Shown one piece after another: positions 1 through 7,777 of a stretch of 22,213 bases of DNA. Both the position numbers and the translations under genes were made by a program. Position 1 is the stretch's first letter, and each line of letters starts with the position of its first letter. This stretch comes from a virus: UHGV virus genome UHGV-0117651; one strand, written 5' to 3'. The notes under the pieces are model-generated. The model worked only from the letters and a program-made list of their open reading frames with translations, ran no database searches and was not told the origin of the DNA.

Positions 1-99
1 GGCATCGAGGACCGGTTCGGCCAGTCCGGCACGCCCGCGGAGCTGTTTGCAGACTACGGCCTGACAGCGGAGAACATTGCCGAAAACGCCCGCCGCCTG

Positions 100-2814
100 A
101 TGGGGCAGTTTGGTGACTCCATCCAGCGAACGCAGGGGGCGATCAAAAATCTCGAGCGTCAGGCGCGTTCATTTGAGCGCGCCCGCGACGCTGTCAGTAA
201 AGCGGATGCGGGTATCGTGAAAGCACGACGCCAGCTTAACGCCCTTAATCAGTTACAACGCACGGGTACAGTGCTCAGCGAAAAACAACAAAAGCTGATG
301 CAGCAGTTAAGCAGCCGGCTTGAACGCCTGAATGAATCGCGCACACGGGAAATTCAGAAAATGCGGGAACTTGGCGGAGAGCTGAAACGCCACGGCATTT
401 CCCTGACAGGCAGCGATAACACCATCCAGCAGGCCATCAGACGCACCGAACAGTACAACAACCAGCTTGAACGCGAACGGCAGGCGCTTGCGCGTGTAAC
501 GCGGGCGCGTGAGCGGTATTCGCGCGCGCAGGAAACCGCGGGAAAACTGAAAACAGGTGGTGCGCTGGCAATTGGTGCTGCAGCGGCTGGCGGCTATGCT
601 GCCGGGCGTTTTTTGCAGCCTGCGATCGGGTTCGGCAAAGAGATGTCCCGCGTTCAGGCACTGACGCGAATCGACAAAAACAGCCCGCAGTTTAAGGCGC
701 TGCGTGAGCAGGCGTTAAAACTTGGTTCTGAAACACAGTTTACTGCGAGTGATGCCGCCAGTGGGCAGAGCTTTCTGGCAATGGCTGGTTTTACTCCGCA
801 GGCCATTCAGGCCGCATTGCCCGGTGTTCTTAATATGGCGCTGGCAGGTGGCGTCGAACTCGGCGAGACGGCTGATATAGGCTCCAATATCCTCACACAG
901 TTCAACCTGACAGCCGATCAAATGGACCGGGTTGGCGATACGCTGACAGCAGCATTCACCCGGACCAATACTGATTTACGCGCGCTGGGCGAAACCATGA
1001 AGTATACCGGTCCGGTTGCCGCAAAACTTGGTATCAGTCTTGAAGAAGCGGCGGCCATGGCCGGGATGCTTGCCAATAATGGTCTTCGCGGAAGCGATGC
1101 TGGTACGGCCATGCGCGCAAGTCTGTCCCGCCTTGCATCACCGCCAAAAGCTGCGGCTGATGCACTGAAAGAGCTGGGGGTGTCAGTTGCTGACGCCAGA
1201 GGCAAAATGCGCCCGATGGAGGATGTGCTGCTTGATCTCTATAAGGCGACACAAAAATACGGACAGGTGGACCAGGTCTCCTTCTTCAAGGACATCGCCG
1301 GAGAAGAGGCGTTCGTTGGTTTGCAGACGCTTGTTGCGGCGGCTGGTTCAGGAGAACTGCAAAAACTGACCAGAGAATTGCAGGGGGCAAGGGGAGAGGC
1401 CGATCGCGTTGCAAAAGTAATGGCCGATAATCTTGATGGAGACCTGAAAAATCTCGACAGCGCATGGGAAGGTCTTCGTATTCGCATCAGTGATCTGGTT
1501 GACGGTCCGCTGCGTTCTGTCACGCAGTGGCTCACGCGGGTGCTTGAAAAAATCACCTCGCTGGCGCAGGCCCATCCGGTACTGACGCGCCAGCTACTGA
1601 TAGCAGGCGGTGCGTTGCTGGCAATGACTGCAACGATTGGCTCGTTGTCGCTGGTTATTGGGGTGCTTTACGGGAAGCTGGCCACCTTGCGTCTTACCCG
1701 GTCAATGAATGTCATCAGGGTGTTGCCTGCGCTGTGGGGAATGGTGACGGGTTCTGTTTCTTTGCTGGGAGGAGCTATCGGGGCGCTGTTCAGTCCGGTT
1801 AGTCTTATCGTGGCTGCGCTTGCCGGCGCTGCCGTTCTTATCTGGAAATACTGGGATCCCATCAGGGCATTTTTTGCCGGGGTGTTCAGCGGGATTATGG
1901 AAAGGCTGAACCCGTTGCGTGAAACCTTTGAACGGTTTGGCCCTGTTTTTGACGCAATCGGAAGCGGGATCAGCCAGGTGTTTAACTGGTTTAAATCGCT
2001 GCTGTCACCGATGGAGTCCAGCAAGGAAACGCTGGATAAATGTACCAGTGCTGGCGAGATATTCGGTAACGTTCTTGGTGGCGCGTTACAGCTTGTTCTG
2101 ACGCCTGCAAAAATGTTGCTGGATACGCTGGCGTGGATACTTGAAAAACTCGGTGTTCTTCCGGATGAAGCGGAAAGGGCGAGAAAGAAAATCGAAGACG
2201 CACAGCGTGCGGCCATTCTTCAGGACAAGGTTGCCTTACTTCAAGGGGACCTGGCGAAAATCAATCCGCCGAAGCCTGTGGAAAATGGCAATGGCACCGG
2301 AGGTGATAAACCCAAAGACAACAAACCGCTCACAGACAGCAATACCGGGACGCTACGCAGACTCAGCAAAATTGCTGATAACACAGGTAAGCTGGTTGAG
2401 GAGACGAAAAAACGCATTGGCCCCGGCGATATTGTCTTTAAAAACCTGCCCCGAGCACTTGCTGTTCGTGGGGAGTGGCAGGAGCGGAAGATTGCGCAGG
2501 CCAGTAAGCCTGCCCCCGCAATTAATATCACACCCGTGGTCCCGGCTCCGCTGCCTCCGGCGCTGGTCCCTGCTGTTGCGGCCAGCTCCCGCCCGGTGGC
2601 GGAGGCCATACGATCTCCAGTGGCATCAGTTCCTGTAACTTCCCGTAACCGGGAGCCTGTTGCCTCCGGATTTGGTGGTGAAATTCATGTTCATCTGCAT
2701 AACGTTGTTACACAGAATCCCCGCGAACTGGCGAAACTGGTCGGTGAAATGGTCAGGGCAGAGATGGAACGGCGCGCCCGTGCCGGGCGTGGCAGTTTTT
2801 ACGATAAAGATTGA
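100..2814 (+). CDS. T: Phage tail tape measure protein (P2 gpT-like). The reading frame is open from window position 1, so the true start may lie upstream or overlap an E' frameshift product.
   Basis: 904-aa ORF, Ala/Gly-rich and coiled-coil-like at the N-terminus with a hydrophobic central segment, typical of tape measure proteins. It sits immediately upstream of a gpU homolog. A GGAG ribosome-binding site for the next gene lies at its 3' end. Family assignment is by eye. Confidence 0.8.
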   Translation: MGQFGDSIQRTQGAIKNLERQARSFERARDAVSKADAGIVKARRQLNALNQLQRTGTVLSEKQQKLMQQLSSRLERLNESRTREIQKMRELGGELKRHGISLTGSDNTIQQAIRRTEQYNNQLERERQALARVTRARERYSRAQETAGKLKTGGALAIGAAAAGGYAAGRFLQPAIGFGKEMSRVQALTRIDKNSPQFKALREQALKLGSETQFTASDAASGQSFLAMAGFTPQAIQAALPGVLNMALAGGVELGETADIGSNILTQFNLTADQMDRVGDTLTAAFTRTNTDLRALGETMKYTGPVAAKLGISLEEAAAMAGMLANNGLRGSDAGTAMRASLSRLASPPKAAADALKELGVSVADARGKMRPMEDVLLDLYKATQKYGQVDQVSFFKDIAGEEAFVGLQTLVAAAGSGELQKLTRELQGARGEADRVAKVMADNLDGDLKNLDSAWEGLRIRISDLVDGPLRSVTQWLTRVLEKITSLAQAHPVLTRQLLIAGGALLAMTATIGSLSLVIGVLYGKLATLRLTRSMNVIRVLPALWGMVTGSVSLLGGAIGALFSPVSLIVAALAGAAVLIWKYWDPIRAFFAGVFSGIMERLNPLRETFERFGPVFDAIGSGISQVFNWFKSLLSPMESSKETLDKCTSAGEIFGNVLGGALQLVLTPAKMLLDTLAWILEKLGVLPDEAERARKKIEDAQRAAILQDKVALLQGDLAKINPPKPVENGNGTGGDKPKDNKPLTDSNTGTLRRLSKIADNTGKLVEETKKRIGPGDIVFKNLPRALAVRGEWQERKIAQASKPAPAINITPVVPAPLPPALVPAVAASSRPVAEAIRSPVASVPVTSRNREPVASGFGGEIHVHLHNVVTQNPRELAKLVGEMVRAEMERRARAGRGSFYDKD

Positions 2815-2820
2815 GGAGTC

Positions 2821-3315
2821 ATGGCCATGATGATGATCTATGGCATGTTTGTTTTTGAGCTGCGCACGTTGCCGCATCAGCAGTTACAGCAAAACAAAAG
2901 CTGGCGGCACGTGAAAAATGAACGCGTTAACCGTTCAGCAAGCTGGCAGTATATCGGGGCAGGCGATGATCGCATCGTTCTTTCTGGTGTGCTTTATCCT
3001 GAAATTACAGGTGGCGAAGTGTCGCTTTCGTTGCTGACCTCGCAGGCATATACAGGACGCCCCTGGCCTCTGATTGATGGTGTCGGGCAGATTTACGGCA
3101 TGTATGTCCTGACCGGAACGAATACGACCCGCTCCGAGTTTGATCGCTACGGTAAGGCGAAAAAGATAGAATTTTCACTGACTCTTGAACGCTGTGATGA
3201 GGATTTGCGGGAGCGCCTGCAATCCTCATCGTTCAGTGATATGCTGTCCGGCTTCAAAGATAAGGTCACATCATCCCTTAACAGCGCGGCCAGCTCCGTT
3301 AAAGGGCTGTTTTGA
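2821..3315 (+). CDS. U: Phage tail protein gpU (P2 family)
   Basis: 164-aa ORF starting MAMMMIYGMFVFELRTLPHQ, which resembles the P2 gpU N-terminus as recalled from memory. GGAG lies 7 nt upstream of the ATG. It directly follows the tape measure gene as in P2. Confidence 0.8.
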   Translation: MAMMMIYGMFVFELRTLPHQQLQQNKSWRHVKNERVNRSASWQYIGAGDDRIVLSGVLYPEITGGEVSLSLLTSQAYTGRPWPLIDGVGQIYGMYVLTGTNTTRSEFDRYGKAKKIEFSLTLERCDEDLRERLQSSSFSDMLSGFKDKVTSSLNSAASSVKGLF

Positions 3316-3322
3316 TTAACGC

Positions 3323-3352
3323 AAAACCGCTAATGGTCAGATTAGCGGTTTT
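3323..3352. terminator. Bidirectional intrinsic terminator between gpU (+) and the invertase (-)
   Basis: Perfect 12-bp inverted repeat AAAACCGCTAAT / ATTAGCGGTTTT with a 6-nt loop. A-run on the 5' side and T-run on the 3' side, so it forms a hairpin followed by a U-tract on both strands. Confidence 0.6.
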
Positions 3353-3941
3353 CATTTTCCTGAGTCTGCCTGGTTGTTTCTTCAGCCTGTATATCGCCTA
3401 CAGGGTGATAACGATAAATCGTCGATATGCCGATGTCGTAAATGATCGCCAGTTGTTTCCTGTCATGACCGTTTTTAATCAGCCTCGCTATTTGCTCGTG
3501 TTGTTCTTTTGTCAACTTCGGGCGACGTCCGCCAATGCGTCCTTGTGCGCGTGCTGCTGCCAGCCCGGCCAGTGTACGCTCTACAATTAATTCACGTTCC
3601 ATTTCGGCTAAAGCCCCCATGACGTGAAAAAAGAAACGCCCCATGGGTGTTGATGTGTCAATGCTGTCCGTCAGACTACGGAAATTAACACCTTTTTCCC
3701 GCAATTCCTCAATAAGCGTGATCAGGTGTTTCATACTTCTGCCCAGTCTGTCCAGCTTCCAGACAACCAGCGTATCTCCTTCTGATAGCGTTCTGAGCAG
3801 TTTTTTCAATCCCGGTCTGGCTGATTTCGTTCCGCTGATTTTATCTTCAAAAATCAGTTCACATCCTGCGCAGTTCAGTGCATTGCGTTGTAAATCCGTG
3901 TTCTGGTCATTTGTTGACACACGAATATAGCCAATTTGCAT
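3342..3941 (-). CDS. Site-specific DNA invertase, serine recombinase of the Hin/Gin/Cin/Pin family
   Basis: Translation from the ATG at 3941 gives MQIGYIRVSTNDQNTDLQRNAL...VVWKLDRLGRSMKHLI...GRFFFHVMGALAEMERELIVERTLAGLAAARAQGRIGGRRPKL, with a C-terminal helix-turn-helix. This closely matches the Hin/Gin sequences as I recall them. AGAGGA lies 8 nt upstream of the ATG. The ORF track start at 4136 is an upstream extension. Confidence 0.9.
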   Translation of the reverse strand: MQIGYIRVSTNDQNTDLQRNALNCAGCELIFEDKISGTKSARPGLKKLLRTLSEGDTLVVWKLDRLGRSMKHLITLIEELREKGVNFRSLTDSIDTSTPMGRFFFHVMGALAEMERELIVERTLAGLAAARAQGRIGGRRPKLTKEQHEQIARLIKNGHDRKQLAIIYDIGISTIYRYHPVGDIQAEETTRQTQENENR

Positions 3942-3955
3942 AAAAAACATCCTCT

Positions 3956-4519
3956 TTGTTTCGTGAAAAATACATAGTTGGTATAGGTAGGGATAAAAAC
4001 GAAAACGTTGGTTTGGGGGAAGGTTCTGCGCTGCCTGTTGGTGTGCCCGTTCCGTGGCCCTCAGCAACACCACCAACGGGCTGGCTGAAATGTAACGGCG
4101 CAGCATTTTCTTCTGAAATGTATCCCGGACTGGCAAAGGCTTACCCCACCAATAAATTACCGGATTTACGGGGTGAATTTATTCGTGGCTGGGATGATGG
4201 ACGTAGTGCGGATGCGGGGAGAACAATATTATCCGCTCAAGGTGATGCCATACGTAATATCTATGGTGAGTTCAAGACTGTAAACACTGAAAATTATTCA
4301 ATATGGGAATCAGTAGGCTCGTTTAAGGGGGCAGTGGTGCCTTTAAATTCCTCAACAAACAATAGTTATTTCTCCTTAGTCAGAAGTATGGTGACAGAAA
4401 GGACAGACGGCGCTGTTTACCCAAAAGTGATTGGCCTTGATGCTTCAAAAATTGTTCCAACTGCAAACGAAAACCGCCCACGCAACATTGCGTTTAATTA
4501 CATCGTAAGGGCAGCATGA
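3956..4519 (+). CDS. Tail-fibre C-terminal variable cassette 1 (phage tail-collar domain). No canonical start; the frame is open through the crossover site, as expected for a promoterless segment.
   Basis: Encodes GEGSALPVGVPVPWPSATPPTGWLKCNGAAFSSEMYPGLAKAYPTNKLPDLRGEFIRGWDDGR, which fits the tail-collar motif pattern (P-x-GWL-x-C-x-G, LPDLRG). It ends ...PRNIAFNYIVRAA then stop, a typical fibre terminus. Confidence 0.65.
   Translation: MFREKYIVGIGRDKNENVGLGEGSALPVGVPVPWPSATPPTGWLKCNGAAFSSEMYPGLAKAYPTNKLPDLRGEFIRGWDDGRSADAGRTILSAQGDAIRNIYGEFKTVNTENYSIWESVGSFKGAVVPLNSSTNNSYFSLVRSMVTERTDGAVYPKVIGLDASKIVPTANENRPRNIAFNYIVRAA
3996..4021 (+). other. Candidate invertase crossover site 1 (gix/hix-like), at the 5' edge of cassette 1
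   Basis: AAAACGAAAACG-TT-GGTTTGGGGGAA, with imperfect dyad symmetry AAACG/TT/GGTTT. It resembles the gix sequence as I recall it. The right half and central dinucleotide recur unchanged at 4513-4538 and 5028-5053. Confidence 0.5.
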
Positions 4520-4538
4520 AAACGTTGGTTTGGGGGAA
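4513..4538 (+). other. Candidate invertase crossover site 2
   Basis: GAAAACGTTGGTTTGGGGGAAGG, identical to the site 1 core, placed immediately after the stop codon of cassette 1. Confidence 0.5.
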
Positions 4539-5033
4539 GGTTCTGCGCTGCCTGTTGGTGTGCCCGTTCCATGGCCCTCAGCCACACCACCAACGGGCTG
4601 GCTGAAATGCAATGGTGCAGCATTTTCTTCTGAAATGTACCCCAAACTGGCAAAAGCCTACCCCGCAAATAAATTACCGGATTTACGGGGAGAATTTATT
4701 CGCGGCTGGGATGATGGGCGCGGGGTGGATGCTGGCCGCGCTTTGCTTAATTGGCAGCCACACACAATTTTGGATCATGCACACTATATGGAATTATGGA
4801 CCGGGAACGGACTTGCCGTGGAAAGTGCACGGGAAGGATTAAACCCTGGAATACTGGCTACATACGGGGACGGGGGAATAGTTAAAACAGACGAACCCGG
4901 TTTAAGGGTGCCTTCCTCACTACGAGCCATTAGCTCTCGTAATGTAAAACGGTTTGGTGAAATTAGTGGAAATGTAGGTACAGAAACTCGCCCTCGCAAC
5001 GTTGCATTCAATTACATCGTAAGAGCCGCATGA
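4530..5033 (+). CDS. Tail-fibre C-terminal variable cassette 2 (tail-collar domain)
   Basis: The first ~60 residues are near-identical to cassette 1 and the remainder diverges. It ends ...ETRPRNVAFNYIVRAA then stop. Confidence 0.65.
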   Translation: MGEGSALPVGVPVPWPSATPPTGWLKCNGAAFSSEMYPKLAKAYPANKLPDLRGEFIRGWDDGRGVDAGRALLNWQPHTILDHAHYMELWTGNGLAVESAREGLNPGILATYGDGGIVKTDEPGLRVPSSLRAISSRNVKRFGEISGNVGTETRPRNVAFNYIVRAA

Positions 5034-5053
5034 AAACGTTGGTTTGGGGGAAG
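5028..5053 (+). other. Candidate invertase crossover site 3
   Basis: The same conserved block, immediately after the stop codon of cassette 2. Confidence 0.5.
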
Positions 5054-5604
5054 GCTCTGCACTGCCCGTTGGTGTGCCTGTTCCATGGCCCTCAGCCACA
5101 CCACCAACGGGCTGGCTGAAATGTAACGGTGCAGCATTTTCTTCTGAAATGTATCCCGGACTGGCAAAGGCTTACCCCACAAATAAATTACCGGATTTAC
5201 GCGGAGAATTTATCCGTGGCTGGGATGATGGGCGAGGAATTGATGCGGCACGCGCTTTATTGAGCATTCAAAACGGGATGTTGGAAAAACACCGCCATAT
5301 TGTTGTAGCTAACGATGGATATGACACAAAAGATGAATGGGAGTTGGCTACGATTTTCAAAAAAACATATACACAAGGCAGGGGGCTTGATGCCACAAAT
5401 ACAGGAGGGAGTTTGATTCCATCATCGCCACGACGTCAGGTAACGCTACATCGGTATACAGATAAATTCCCAGACCGAACTGGTTGTTGGTCAGTGCGCC
5501 TGACAGTCGAAACTTACAGCTCAGTCTGCCACCCCGTGTCAGCAGGGAGACTGCGTCATCCACCGGATGCATCAGGGACCAAGTTTTATTGCTCTGCTTG
5601 GTAA
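5044..5604 (+). CDS. Tail-fibre C-terminal variable cassette 3 (tail-collar domain). The 3' end is atypical or degenerate and overlaps the antisense ORF on the - strand.
   Basis: Conserved N-terminal block, then a divergent region that keeps a Q...H-x-H pattern (SIQNGMLEKHRHIVV). It lacks the NYIVRAA terminus of cassettes 1 and 2. Confidence 0.45.
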   Translation: MGEGSALPVGVPVPWPSATPPTGWLKCNGAAFSSEMYPGLAKAYPTNKLPDLRGEFIRGWDDGRGIDAARALLSIQNGMLEKHRHIVVANDGYDTKDEWELATIFKKTYTQGRGLDATNTGGSLIPSSPRRQVTLHRYTDKFPDRTGCWSVRLTVETYSSVCHPVSAGRLRHPPDASGTKFYCSAW

Positions 5605-6560
5605 CCTTAAACACACCATCTTCCAGCGCAACACTGCCGCCGGTGATGGTCCAGCCCTGCGCAGCAGCCTCTCCGGCTGTCGGCAGCAGGGAGACTGTAC
5701 GAACGGATGTGTCACCATCAGACGGCCCCGATGGAGTGTCGCCGCCGGGCGAGGGTTTGATTTCCGGTGCGGTACCGCTGATGAAGGCGCTGGTTCGACC
5801 AACTGCGTTCAGAATAGCGGTTGCCAGGCGATCCGAAATAATGCCCCTGCGCGCCCATGAACTGAAATGTGTCGGACGATTTGACGATACCCAATTACCA
5901 TTACTACGGGATTGCGCGCCGTAATAACCTGCATCAGCAATATCCGGGTCTTCTGCCGGTAAGTTGGTGGGCGTGTTGTTGCCGTTACCGTCGGTCATGA
6001 ACGGCACAAAGAAAACGTTGTCGCTCTCCCTGTTTTTGTACGCGCCGTAGACGGAGTCATACTGTGTGCCGTATGTGTTTTTCCAGTAATACGTCGTGTC
6101 GCCACAAATCCACGGTATAACTGCAGCACTGCCGCCATGGCACTGCGCGTTAAATCCGGAAAGGTCAGTACGGAACTGCTTCAGCATGGCCGTGAACAGG
6201 TCCGGTTGCTGTGCGTAGGTGGCAGCGCTCATGTCAAATTCGCCCTGCATCCAGCACACCGCCAGCAACACATTTTTCGGGTTCTTCTGTAATGCCGCTT
6301 TGGTGCGTGCGATCAGGTCCTGATATAACGGCTTACCCGCACCCCAGCGCGCCGAATCCTGGCTGGCCCCCGTGGTCGTACTGAATGTTCCCTCCGCGCC
6401 CTGAGTGAATGCCGAACCACCACGACAGCATGGTACCAGCAGGATCCCCGCGTTATTCGGGATATACGGGAGTAGTTTTTTGGCAATATGAAGTCCCTGT
6501 CCCACACAGCCGTACTGACCTTTGCTCAGGTCCGCCTTCGGATGATTCAGCGTACTCATA
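5357..6560 (-). CDS. SGNH/SASA-family hydrolase-like protein (sialate O-acetylesterase-like), possibly a receptor-modifying or receptor-binding tail accessory protein. The C-terminal ~80 codons overlap cassette 3 on the other strand, so the true 3' end is uncertain.
   Basis: Translation from the ATG at 6560 begins MSTLNHPKADLSKGQYGCVGQG. Blocks LLVPCCRGGSAF, VCWMQGEFD and THFSSWARRGI resemble the conserved blocks of the sialate O-acetylesterase domain as I recall them, but the expected GQSN serine motif is not obvious. The start ATG overlaps the stop of truncated gpL as ATGA. Confidence 0.45.
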
Positions 6561-6828
6561 CCGGAACATCGGCCAGCGTCTGATGGCCAGCCGCCTGCTG
6601 TTCCTGCTGCCACGCTTCCAGTTCGCGGGTAACGTGAGCCACGGCCCCAGTGGCGGTATGCAGCAGGCGGGAGGTGGTCACGCGGCCCGGCAGTCGTACC
6701 GCCAGACGCAGCTCGCGCAGCACAATATCCGGCCAGAATGCACCTGCTGAAATGCGAGTGTCGCCATCATCGGTATCGGTGATGTCGTCCTCTGCGGGTC
6801 CTGGTTCAGTTCTGGCAACCATACTCAT
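6556..6828 (-). pseudogene. L: Capsid completion protein gpL, N-terminal ~90 codons only (truncated)
   Basis: MSMVARTE...AFWPDIVLRELRLAVRLPGR...EAWQQEQQAAGHQTLADVPV resembles the gpL N-terminus (FFFPDIDPKRVRERMRLEQ...REQKIAAGFTRLADVPADD, recalled from memory). The ORF stops right after LADVPV, where P2 gpL as I recall it continues for ~80 more residues. GGAG lies upstream of the ATG at 6828. Confidence 0.6.
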
Positions 6829-6842
6829 GGAGTTCACTCCTG

Positions 6843-6907
6843 AAAAAAAATCGGGCGGTGGGTGCGCGGTGTAAACGGTCACGGAGTCAAACCGGAACAC
6901 CGCGCAC
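6843..6907 (-). terminator. Hairpin plus U8 tract between gpM and gpL' (possible attenuator or terminator)
   Basis: 10-bp inverted repeat GTGCGCGGTG (6862-6871) / CACCGCGCAC (6898-6907). On the - strand it is followed ~11 nt later by a run of eight T. The spacing is not optimal for a terminator. Confidence 0.3.
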
Positions 6908-6931
6908 GCCGCCCGCTGACGGGGTCAGTCG

Positions 6932-7732
6932 TTAACCGCGCTTCGCCTTCTGCGACGCGGTGGTTTTTCGTGTTGCAGGCTTCTGCGTTGTCTTTTTACT
7001 TTTGCTGCTTTCGTCCTGCGTCTGCTGTGCGCTGGCGTCTTCTGGTGCGGCTGCGGAATCGGCTTTTTTCAGGGCGCGGGAAAGGGTTGCAATCTCGCGT
7101 TTCACACCTGCGTTCGGGTTCAGGTGCATCGCTTCGCGCAGCAGCTTCAGTGATGAGGCCATGTTGTCTGCATCGGTCAGGCCACGACGGGCAAAGGCAC
7201 ACGCCTTGCATAATTTGGCGCGCACTTCGTCCGGCATGTCCTGGTTGGCGACAATTTCCCAAAGTGTGTCCAGTGGTTCGATAAAGGCGGATAAATCCGC
7301 GTCGGCATCCGTCCCGGCCTGCGTCAGTACCGGGTTGCAGATTTCTTCGGTCAGTACCGTGGCAGCAGTACGGCCAAAGTTATCCGGCATGATGAGGTTG
7401 TGACGGACCACATATGCACCAATACGCAGCGCCAGCGGAAGATCGCCGCAGTCAATCGCCCACACCATCAGCGTGGCAATTACTTCGTCCTGTTGCCCGC
7501 CGTCAGTCTCCAGCGTTCCCTCAATCCAGCCGGAAAAGTCCGGCAACAACTCTTTTTTGATGGCGGCTTTCGCGCTTCTGGCCTGTACGCCCTTTAGCCT
7601 GGCCTGTGCCAGACGCAGACGATACAGCACCTCTTCATGCGCGGTACGCGCGGCGTGGTCCACACCTTCATTCGCCCGGCCTGCGCGCTGTGCCATCACG
7701 TTCTGCCAGTGTTGTTGTGCAGGAGTAATCAT
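6932..7732 (-). CDS. M: Terminase endonuclease (small) subunit gpM
   Basis: 266-aa ORF in the expected position after the major capsid gene. GGAGAG ribosome-binding site. Lys/Thr-rich C-terminal tail. Assigned by synteny and size to the P2 gpM family. Confidence 0.8.
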   Translation of the reverse strand: MITPAQQHWQNVMAQRAGRANEGVDHAARTAHEEVLYRLRLAQARLKGVQARSAKAAIKKELLPDFSGWIEGTLETDGGQQDEVIATLMVWAIDCGDLPLALRIGAYVVRHNLIMPDNFGRTAATVLTEEICNPVLTQAGTDADADLSAFIEPLDTLWEIVANQDMPDEVRAKLCKACAFARRGLTDADNMASSLKLLREAMHLNPNAGVKREIATLSRALKKADSAAAPEDASAQQTQDESSKSKKTTQKPATRKTTASQKAKRG

Positions 7733-7777
7733 TTTTTCTCTCCGTTACAGGCGGGCATGATGCCCGCCGTGAGTTGA

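Noticed and set aside
437-2877. Multiple 60-180-aa ORFs on both strands inside the tape measure gene (for example 1668-2216 -, 2141-2638 +, 2241-2609 -)
   Set aside because: All are embedded in the tape measure coding sequence. Their compositions are biased (Ser/Pro/Arg-rich), typical of out-of-frame translations.
3956-5200. The tandem ~150-bp repeats considered as a CRISPR array or transposon inverted repeats
   Set aside because: The repeats are about 515 bp apart and are protein-coding (conserved tail-collar N-terminal block). They are direct, not short, and not separated by spacers, so they are inconsistent with CRISPR or IS ends.
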